DNA of 64,000 bases from an uncultured Clostridia bacterium (GTDB taxonomy: Bacteria > Bacillota > Clostridia > TANB77 > CAG-508): the NCBI GenBank assembly GCA_934180065.1, contig CAKPRA010000008.1, positions 344 through 64,343 on the forward strand, written 5' to 3'. Positions within the stretch are counted from its first letter, which is position 1; each line of letters opens with the position of its first letter. Below, piece after piece: positions 36,661-44,233 of this stretch. The notes under the pieces were generated by a model that did no database searches, had not been told where the DNA came from, and saw only the letters and a program-made list of their open reading frames with translations. The translations under genes and the position numbers were made by a program.

Positions 36661-38109
36661 ATGAGAAATAGAATATTAATAATATTAGCAAGTATATTAG
36701 CAATAATAGCAACATTATGCAATATTTATATACCAAATCATAAAATCAATAACACAATACAAGAAACACAAAATATAATACAAGAAGAAATAAAAAATGA
36801 CAATGTAACAGTATCAGAATATGTCTATGGAGAGTCAAATGATGTAAAAGATGCAACAGTAAATAATAAAGAAGATATTTCTACAAAGCAATTACCAGAA
36901 ACAACAGAAACAGAGGAAAAAAATGTTGAAGAAGAAATAACAACGGAAATAGATGCTCAAATAGAGCAAGAAAATATAAGTTATAATGGAGCTAGTACAG
37001 GGAATGGACTAGCTCTTTTAGGTGCATATCAAGGACTAACATACTACTCACAGGCTGATTCACGATGGGCAAGTGTAATGTATTCTAGCAAAAATGATCC
37101 AACACAGACAATGAAAGCAAGTGCCTGTGGACCTACATCTGCCGCAATGGTTATTTCTAGCTCTAAAGGAAGTATATTACCAACAACATTAGCAAGTTTA
37201 GCAGTAAGTAATGGGTACAGAACTAAAAATTCAGGAACAGCATGGAGCTTCTATCCATTTATAGCAGATTACTTTGGATTTAGCGAGTATTACACAACAG
37301 ATAAATTAGAAACTGCATTAAATTATCTATCTCAAAAAAACAATGATGGAACTAGCAAATATTATATAATATGCAGTTGTGGTAGTGGTTTATTTACATA
37401 TAACGGACATTACATAGTATTAACAAGTTTAGATGAAAATACAATGCAGGTATATGATCCATATTTATACAATAACAAATTCGCAACAGCAACAAGAAAA
37501 AAGGCAAATGTAACTATATCTGGAAATTCTGTGTTTGTTAACAAAGAAGATTTCAGAAAATATGCAAACTATAAAAACTTTTGGATTTTTTCTAATGATA
37601 AAGGAAGCGGAAACTCTAATAATACTACTATAAATAATGTAACCAATTATACAAAATATGTTGCAACAAAAAGCTCAAGTTTAAATGTAAGAAAATCAGC
37701 AAGCATTAATTCAAGTAGGATTTATTCGCTTACGAAAGGAACTAAAGTGAATGTCACAGAAACTAGCGGAAATTGGTCAAAAATAAGCAGTCCGGTTACA
37801 GGTTGGGTAAATACAACATATCTTTCATCTACGCAAGTGTACTCAATAGTGAACGAAAGTTCAAAGAATTATAAAATTGGTACATATAAGGTAACAAGTA
37901 ATTTACATGTTAGAAGCGGTCCAGGAACAAATTATAAAATAAAAATATATAACCAATTAACAAATAATGCTAGAGCTCAAAATAAACGATTAGGAAATCA
38001 ATATTACAACGGATATTTAAAAGGTGTAATTTGTACAGTTACGCTGGTAAAAAGTAACTGGGGCAAAACTACATCTGGCTGGATCTGTTTAGATTATTGT
38101 AAAAAATAA
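36661..38109 (+). CDS. Cell-wall hydrolase/endolysin: N-terminal signal-anchor, C39-like cysteine peptidase domain, two SH3b domains
   Basis: TM ILIILASILAIIATL. ACGPTSAAMV ... NGHYIVLTS ... DP (Cys/His/Asp). Two SH3b-like repeats (LNVRKSASINS..., LHVRSGPGTNY...). Confidence 0.65.
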   Translation: MRNRILIILASILAIIATLCNIYIPNHKINNTIQETQNIIQEEIKNDNVTVSEYVYGESNDVKDATVNNKEDISTKQLPETTETEEKNVEEEITTEIDAQIEQENISYNGASTGNGLALLGAYQGLTYYSQADSRWASVMYSSKNDPTQTMKASACGPTSAAMVISSSKGSILPTTLASLAVSNGYRTKNSGTAWSFYPFIADYFGFSEYYTTDKLETALNYLSQKNNDGTSKYYIICSCGSGLFTYNGHYIVLTSLDENTMQVYDPYLYNNKFATATRKKANVTISGNSVFVNKEDFRKYANYKNFWIFSNDKGSGNSNNTTINNVTNYTKYVATKSSSLNVRKSASINSSRIYSLTKGTKVNVTETSGNWSKISSPVTGWVNTTYLSSTQVYSIVNESSKNYKIGTYKVTSNLHVRSGPGTNYKIKIYNQLTNNARAQNKRLGNQYYNGYLKGVICTVTLVKSNWGKTTSGWICLDYCKK

Positions 38110-38177
38110 AAAAATAATTATTTACTACATCAATTATATGTGTTAAAATGACTCAATAGAGTTACATATGTAATGGG

Positions 38178-39206
38178 GTGATAAATATACGAAAGAATAA
38201 TCCAGAATATAGAGATTTCATAAGAAGAAAGAATGAAAAAAATTTAAGACAACGTACTAAAAGAAAAAAAAGAAAATATACAACAAAAAAATATACAAGA
38301 AAAGATAAGAAACCTTATCGAATTTTCTCAGTGCCCAAAATATTTAGTATTCTAGAAAATCCAGAAGAAACTATAAGCTTTTTTAATAATGTAATAAAAG
38401 AAATCGAAAAAATATACTGTAATAACATATTATATATTTTTTTGATAGATATGGAGGACGTTCAAAAGATTACAGGTGATGCTTTAATGTATTTTTTGAC
38501 AGTAATGAGAAACTATAGAGTAAGAGGTTGTAAAGGAATATATTGGAGAGGCAATTTTCCAAAAAATGAAGACATATCTAATTTTTTAAAATGCTCTGGA
38601 TTTTTAGGGTATTTAGATACACCTAAATGCAATTTGATGCATACTGATGAGAATATTCAGATTAAATCAGGTACTTTAATAGAACCAAATGTAATGAAAT
38701 CGATTTGTGATTTTACAAATGATAAATTGAATACTGATAGAAAATATAGTAGATTTTTAGCTAATATGTTAACTGAACTAATGACGAATACTAAAGATCA
38801 TGCATATAATAGTAATAATAAATTTGATTTTTGTTGGTATGTATTTGTTGAAAATTCACAAGATTATATCAGATATACATTCATGGATAATGGACTAGGT
38901 ATTCCAACAACTGTAAATAAACGATTAGGGGAAAAATTTAAGAAATATATAAATATTGATAAAGAATATAAATATATTGAATCATGCTTAAGTGGCAATT
39001 TTTTGAGAACCGAAACTAACCTTACTCATAGAGGAAAAGGATTGCCAGAAATAAACTCATATTATAATGATAATAAAATGTCCAATTTGACCATAATATC
39101 AAATCATGCATATTATCAAAAAAATAAATCAAAAGATTTGATAAACCATTTATTTGGAACGATAGTTTATTGGGAAATAGATAAAAATCAGAAAGGAGAT
39201 ATATAG
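38178..39206 (+). CDS. GHKL (histidine-kinase-like) ATPase domain protein with K/R-rich N-terminus
   Basis: GTG start. N-box-like ELMTNTKDHA, G1 FMDNGLGIP, G2 HRGKGLPE. N-terminal 50 aa are very basic, followed by a STAS-like-looking segment (LIDMEDVQKITGDALMYFL). Confidence 0.6.
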   Translation: MINIRKNNPEYRDFIRRKNEKNLRQRTKRKKRKYTTKKYTRKDKKPYRIFSVPKIFSILENPEETISFFNNVIKEIEKIYCNNILYIFLIDMEDVQKITGDALMYFLTVMRNYRVRGCKGIYWRGNFPKNEDISNFLKCSGFLGYLDTPKCNLMHTDENIQIKSGTLIEPNVMKSICDFTNDKLNTDRKYSRFLANMLTELMTNTKDHAYNSNNKFDFCWYVFVENSQDYIRYTFMDNGLGIPTTVNKRLGEKFKKYINIDKEYKYIESCLSGNFLRTETNLTHRGKGLPEINSYYNDNKMSNLTIISNHAYYQKNKSKDLINHLFGTIVYWEIDKNQKGDI

Positions 39207-39207
39207 A

Positions 39208-39540
39208 ATGAACATAAATATTTGTGAGGAATATACTGATGCACCAGGTGGGAGATACGAGAGCCAAGGTCCTTTTTCAGGGGAGAATTTCAGAAAAAAA
39301 ATATTGAAACCTAGATTTATTGAAGCTGCAAACAAAGAGGAAAAGTTATTTATTGACTTTGATGGTGGCTATGGTTACGGTTCATCTTTTTTAGAAGAAG
39401 CTTTTGGAGGCATAATAAGAGAGTTAAAAGAAGAAAAAAATTCAATTTATAAGAAAGCGTTGGATATAATAGAAATTAAATCGGATGATGAGCCAAATTT
39501 AATACAAAGAGTAAAAGACTATATGAAAAATGAAATCTAA
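39208..39540 (+). CDS. STAS-like (DUF4325-like) small protein
   Basis: Starts 1 nt after the upstream stop. ...KLFIDFDGGYGYGSSFLEEAFGGIIRE... resembles the DUF4325/STAS-like pattern. Confidence 0.5.
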   Translation: MNINICEEYTDAPGGRYESQGPFSGENFRKKILKPRFIEAANKEEKLFIDFDGGYGYGSSFLEEAFGGIIRELKEEKNSIYKKALDIIEIKSDDEPNLIQRVKDYMKNEI

Positions 39541-39555
39541 AGATAAGGAGATATT

Positions 39556-40107
39556 ATGGTAGTACAATTTGAAATAAAAAAGAAACACTGTTATATTGCA
39601 ATAATATTAATATTTTTTGTAATAATTTCATTTATCAATATCAAATGTTTAGAATATAATTGGAAAGAATATTTTAGGATGTCTTTACAAGAAATTCTAA
39701 CCATAATTGTAGGAAGTATTGTTATTTACTGTTTGACAAAAAAAGATAATAAAGAGTCAAAGTTATATGATAAAGTTGAAAAAAAATGTGAGGATTTAAA
39801 AGAATATATTAAAATTAACTTAAAGGATATTCCATCAATGCTAAAAGAAGAACGATTGCTTAAAATAAGATATATTTCTAATCAAGTATCTAATATAGAA
39901 AGATATATTGATAATATAGATAAGCTGTCTGAAAATTATAGAAAAATGAAAGAGGCGTTTGATAACTTGAATGATTTTATATCTGACAATATAGATCAAA
40001 GCAAAGAATATTTTGATAAAGATAATAGAAAGATAAAATTAGAAAGGTTGATTAACAATGTCGAACTTAGAATAGAAGATATAATAATTTTTACATATAT
40101 AAATTAA
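39556..40107 (+). CDS. Two-TM membrane protein with coiled-coil cytoplasmic tail
   Basis: RBS aaggagat. TMs CYIAIILIFFVIISFINI and ILTIIVGSIVIYCLT. Confidence 0.55.
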   Translation: MVVQFEIKKKHCYIAIILIFFVIISFINIKCLEYNWKEYFRMSLQEILTIIVGSIVIYCLTKKDNKESKLYDKVEKKCEDLKEYIKINLKDIPSMLKEERLLKIRYISNQVSNIERYIDNIDKLSENYRKMKEAFDNLNDFISDNIDQSKEYFDKDNRKIKLERLINNVELRIEDIIIFTYIN

Positions 40108-40164
40108 AGTATCATATCTCTATATATAGTTGGTTAAAAATTTTGATTATAGATGATAGAAGGA

Positions 40165-40208
40165 GACTAAATATTATTGAACATAAAAGAGTTCAATAAT
40201 ATTTAGTC
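40165..40208. terminator. Bidirectional terminator (perfect 18-bp inverted repeat)
   Basis: gactaaatattattgaac ataaaaga gttcaataatatttagtc, between convergent genes. Confidence 0.7.
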
Positions 40209-40535
40209 TTCTTTTTCTTGCATTTCAATATTAATTAATAAATCCAAAATCTGACTTATTTCCATAACTTCGGAGGAATTTAAGCCGTATTTCTCTACTC
40301 TCTTATACATTTCTTCCTTTAATTCCTCTATATCAAATTTGCTGAAAAATAAATCCTTAATATTAACATCTAATCCATTAGCAATACTATATAAAACAGC
40401 CAAGGTAGGATTTAATTTTATATTATTTTCCAATTTGTATAAATAAGCTCTAGAAATTCCCGTAATTTTTTCTAATTTATATAAAGTTATTCCCTTTTTC
40501 TTTCTAATATTTTTTATGTTAAAAACAATCATCAT
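40203..40535 (-). CDS. XRE-family HTH transcriptional regulator
   Basis: IRKKKGITLYKLEKITGISRAYLYKLENNIKLNPTLAVLYSIANGLDV, a classic HTH_3. Confidence 0.8.
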   Translation of the reverse strand: MMIVFNIKNIRKKKGITLYKLEKITGISRAYLYKLENNIKLNPTLAVLYSIANGLDVNIKDLFFSKFDIEELKEEMYKRVEKYGLNSSEVMEISQILDLLINIEMQEKED

Positions 40536-40686
40536 TGCACCTCTAAAATAGTATCTCTTTATTTTATAAAATTATTAGTATATCCGCAATATGAAACTCC
40601 AGGGAAACGCTTCTGTCGAACGGTTTTCCTTGACTTTTTATAGCAGTATAATAGAATAAAAGAAAATGAAAATTGGAGTGGTGCAG

Positions 40687-40845
40687 ATGAAAGAAAAAAT
40701 GGAAGAAAAAATTGTAAATGAAATCAGCAAGGAATTTAATAAAAAGCCAGAATTAGTTGAAGTAATGCTAACAACATGCCATATAGAGGGATATGATTTA
40801 GATGATACAAGAAAGATATTAAAAGAATTTTATAAAACATATTAA
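40687..40845 (+). CDS. Small hypothetical protein (52 aa), divergent from the XRE gene
   Basis: Not in the ORF track. ATG 40687 after ggagtgg. MKEKMEEKIVNEISKEFNKKPELVEVMLTTCHIEGYDLDDTRKILKEFYKTY. Confidence 0.4.
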   Translation: MKEKMEEKIVNEISKEFNKKPELVEVMLTTCHIEGYDLDDTRKILKEFYKTY

Positions 40846-40922
40846 CAGAAATATTGACAAATTTAGAGATTACTTATAGAATAAAGATAATGTGATTAGA
40901 AGTATAATAGAAAATATTAAAT

Positions 40923-40957
40923 TGCATTCAAATTGCATTCAAAAAATAAAAAAAGTG
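40923..40957. repeat. Arm-type repeat block (2x tgcattcaaa), attR side
   Basis: Near-identical to 8708-8741. Confidence 0.6.
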
Positions 40958-40997
40958 AATAAATTACAATCACAATGCGGACTTACAAACCTTCAAA

Positions 40998-41014
40998 TCT
41001 GGTTGTAAGCTCCA
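40998..41014. repeat. attR core
   Basis: tctggttgtaagctcca, identical to the tRNA 3' end at 8534-8550. Confidence 0.85.
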
Positions 41015-41046
41015 TAGTTTTTTTACAAGAAAGGTATGATTACAAA

Positions 41047-42138
41047 ATGAAAATAGGAATAGTAGGACTTCCAAATGTTGGAAAAAGTACATTATTTAAT
41101 GCAATAACAAATGCAGGAGCTGAATGTGCAAATTATCCTTTTTGTACAATAGAGCCAAATGTTGGAGTTGTTCCAGTACCTGATGAAAGACTAGATAATT
41201 TAGCAAAAATGTATAATCCAGAAAAAGTTACACATGCAATAATTGAATTTGTTGATATAGCAGGTTTAGTAAAAGGTGCTAGTAAAGGCGAAGGATTGGG
41301 AAATAAATTTTTATCTCATATAAGAGAAGTTGATAGTATAGCTCAAGTTGTAAGATGTTTTGAAGATCCAAATGTTGTCCACGTTGATGGAAGCATCGAT
41401 CCAGTTAGAGATATCGATACAATTAACTTAGAGCTTATTTTTGCGGATTTAGAAACTGTTGAAAAAAGATTAGAAAGAGCAAAGAAAAATTTAAAAGCTG
41501 ATAAAAAGTATCAAGCTGAAATAGATGTTTTAGAAAAAATAAAAGTAGCCCTAGAAGCTGGAAAAACAGCAAGAATGGTAGAGCTAAATGAAGATGAGCA
41601 AGAGCTTATAAAAGATGCATTTTTATTAACAATAAAACCAACTTTATATATTGCTAATGTGTCAGAAGAGCAATTAGCAGATGCCGAAAATGATGAAAAT
41701 GTAAAAAAAGTTATAGAAATTGCCAAAAAAGAGCATGCGGAAGTAATTCCATTATGTATTAAAATTGAAGAAGAGCTTGCAAGTATAGATGATGATGAAA
41801 AAGCAGATATGTTAGAAATGCTAGGTTTATCTGAATCTGGTTTAGATAAAGTTATAAAATCAAGCTATGATCTTTTAGGTTTAATGTCATTTTTAACAGC
41901 TGGTGAGCCTGAAGTTAGAGCTTGGACTATAAAAAAAGGTACAAAGGCACCACAAGCTGCAGGAAAAATACATTCTGATATTGAAAGAGGATTTATCAGA
42001 GCTGAGGTTGTTTCATATGATGACTTAATGAAAGAAGGCTCTATGAATGCTGTAAAAGAAAAAGGTTTATTACGTTCAGAAGGTAAAGAATATGTTATGC
42101 AAGATGGAGATATTGTATTATTTAGATTTAATGTATAA
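41047..42138 (+). CDS. ychF: Ribosome-binding ATPase YchF
   Basis: MKIGIVGLPNVGKSTLFNA... start. The listed 40975 start reads through attR. Confidence 0.9.
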   Translation: MKIGIVGLPNVGKSTLFNAITNAGAECANYPFCTIEPNVGVVPVPDERLDNLAKMYNPEKVTHAIIEFVDIAGLVKGASKGEGLGNKFLSHIREVDSIAQVVRCFEDPNVVHVDGSIDPVRDIDTINLELIFADLETVEKRLERAKKNLKADKKYQAEIDVLEKIKVALEAGKTARMVELNEDEQELIKDAFLLTIKPTLYIANVSEEQLADAENDENVKKVIEIAKKEHAEVIPLCIKIEEELASIDDDEKADMLEMLGLSESGLDKVIKSSYDLLGLMSFLTAGEPEVRAWTIKKGTKAPQAAGKIHSDIERGFIRAEVVSYDDLMKEGSMNAVKEKGLLRSEGKEYVMQDGDIVLFRFNV

Positions 42139-42240
42139 ACTAAATAGTTATTATTCAAATTTGAGAACATAGAATTAATTGATTTAATATAATAAATAAA
42201 AATGTTATTAATATTATGAAATATTCAAAGGAGGAAATTT

Positions 42241-43146
42241 ATGGAGAAAGAAAAAAGCAGAAAATCGCATTCTAAAATTTTTAAGTTATTTTCAATAATC
42301 ATATTAAGTATTTCAATACTGTTTTGTTCAACTGTATTAAATAAAAAAGCTGTATTTGCAGATTCTGGATATGATTTTAGTTATGATAGTGGAAGTAGTA
42401 GTAGTTCATCAGATTGGGGAAGCTCAAGTTATGACGGAAGCTCCTATGATTATGATGGAGATTTAGATGGGGGAAGTATAGTAGGAACTATAATTTTTTT
42501 CATAATATTATTTGTGATTTTAGTTATAGTAAATGCATGTAAAAAATCAACACCTACAACATCAAATACTGTTTCAACTGTAAATGATCAAGCTGTTGTA
42601 AATAGAATTAAAGAATATATTCCAAACTTCGATAGAGCACAATTCTTATCAGATGGATTTAATATTTACAAAGATGTTCAAAATGCATGGATGAACTTTA
42701 AACTAGATGATGTTAAAGATAAGATTACAGATGAAATGTTTAATATGTATCAATCTGAATTAGATGCACTTGAAATTAAAGGCGAACAAAATATAATGAA
42801 AGACTTTACTTTAAAATCAAATTATTTGAAGGATGTTGTTAAACAAAATGATAATATTACAATTACAACATGTTATGTAATTGATTTCTATGACTATATT
42901 GTTGAACAATCAACAGGTAAAGTTTTAAGAGGATCTTCAACAACTAAGATGAGAGTAACGTATGAAATGAAATTTAGAAAGACCTTAGATGAGAAACTTA
43001 CAGTAGATAAATGTCCATGTTGTGGAGCTGAAATTAAACAATTAAACGGATCTGGAACTTGCGAATATTGTGGATCTAAGATTGTTTCTGAAAATTCTAA
43101 ATGGGTTCTTACTGATAAAAAAATAACAAATCAAACTAGAGCTTAA
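42241..43146 (+). CDS. Membrane protein with S/D/Y-rich segment, Tim44-like domain and C-terminal zinc ribbon
   Basis: Signal/TM, SGYDFSYDSGSSSSSSDWGSSSYDGSSYDYDGD, second TM, CPCCGA...CEYCGS. Confidence 0.6.
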   Translation: MEKEKSRKSHSKIFKLFSIIILSISILFCSTVLNKKAVFADSGYDFSYDSGSSSSSSDWGSSSYDGSSYDYDGDLDGGSIVGTIIFFIILFVILVIVNACKKSTPTTSNTVSTVNDQAVVNRIKEYIPNFDRAQFLSDGFNIYKDVQNAWMNFKLDDVKDKITDEMFNMYQSELDALEIKGEQNIMKDFTLKSNYLKDVVKQNDNITITTCYVIDFYDYIVEQSTGKVLRGSSTTKMRVTYEMKFRKTLDEKLTVDKCPCCGAEIKQLNGSGTCEYCGSKIVSENSKWVLTDKKITNQTRA

Positions 43147-43218
43147 ATAAAATGATGATATATACTAGGAAATTATAATTCCTAGTATATATTTTAATTA
43201 AGAAAGGATATATTGATT

Positions 43219-43764
43219 ATGAGTGAAGTATTAGATAATTTAATAAGAGAAGATTCTGAATTCTCAGAATCAAAATTTAAATCTAAAGTTGAAAATGAGT
43301 TTATTCAAATAAGAATGTCTATAGTTACCGGAAAAACTGAGAGAATTAAGCATTTTGTGAATGATGAAACATATGAAAAAATTGTTGCAAAAGTAGAAGA
43401 TGATAAGGCTAATAATAGAATTCAAATGTATGATGAACTTAATGTTTCAAATGTTACGTTTACAAATATTAAGGAACTAGATGATTGTTTTGAAATAGAG
43501 GTTAAATTGCATTCAAAAGCACTTGATTATTATTTAAACAGAGAAACTAGAAAATTTTTATCAGGAAATAATAGTTATAGAACTGAAAAAGATCACACTA
43601 TTGTTTTTAAAAAGATTAAAAATAATAGAGCTTTAGGTGTCGCAAGAAAATGTCCAGGCTGTGGTGCTAGTTTAGATTTAAATAAAACTGGAGTTTGTGA
43701 ATATTGTGGAACTATTTTCAACCTTGAAAAATATGATTGGGTTATTACATATATGGATTTATAA
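43219..43764 (+). CDS. Soluble paralogue: Tim44-like domain + zinc ribbon
   Basis: CPGCGA...CEYCGT and shared domain architecture with the upstream gene. Confidence 0.6.
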   Translation: MSEVLDNLIREDSEFSESKFKSKVENEFIQIRMSIVTGKTERIKHFVNDETYEKIVAKVEDDKANNRIQMYDELNVSNVTFTNIKELDDCFEIEVKLHSKALDYYLNRETRKFLSGNNSYRTEKDHTIVFKKIKNNRALGVARKCPGCGASLDLNKTGVCEYCGTIFNLEKYDWVITYMDL

Positions 43765-43904
43765 TTTTTAGATAAAGTATATGTATATATGCATGATTAT
43801 ATAAATGTGAGTGTAATACAGAAACAAAAAAATTTGTATTAAGTATTGTAAAATTTATGTAAAGGTGTTATTATTATTTACATATAGAAAAACGATATAA
43901 AAGA

Positions 43905-44166
43905 CAACACATTCAAAGTAAAACTTTTAGAGAGCTGATGATTGGTGAAATTTCAGTAAGGTAATAATTTGTATGTTATCACTTTTATTGTTACTTAATT
44001 GAAATATATAGTAAATTAAGTCGTAATTCTTGCGTTAAAAGATTTTGAGTGGGCATTTTTACTAATATTTATAAAAGGTAAATTATGCTAAAATAGGTGG
44101 TACCGCGGATTAGTTTATAAAAGCTATTCGTCCTAGTATTTTTCTAGTGACGAATAGCTTTTTTGT
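43905..44166 (+). promoter_or_regulatory. T-box riboswitch leader (Ile) with terminator
   Basis: Stem I AGAGAG...GGTGAAA (43929-43950). T-box aaataggtggtaccgcgg (44091-44108). Terminator aagctattcgtc...gacgaatagctttttt (44120-44165). ATC-A at 43978-43981 is where a specifier is expected. Confidence 0.8.
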
Positions 44167-44233
44167 ATGTGTAAGAAAGTATAAATAGTGAATATCGTCC
44201 TAGTTTTAATATTTACAAAAAGGAGAGATGAAA

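Larger units (their letters stand above)
8534..41014. mobile_element. Integrated siphovirus-type prophage (~32.5 kb) in the tRNA-Thr 3' end
   Basis: 17-bp direct repeat tctggttgtaagctcca at both ends. Integrase next to attL. Complete lysogeny/replication/packaging/head/tail/lysis gene order. Host ychF resumes right after attR. Confidence 0.85.

Noticed and set aside
40975-41046. N-terminal extension of ychF (listed ORF start 40975)
   Set aside because: The extension translates the attR core. The conserved YchF start MKIGIVGLPNVGKST is at 41047.
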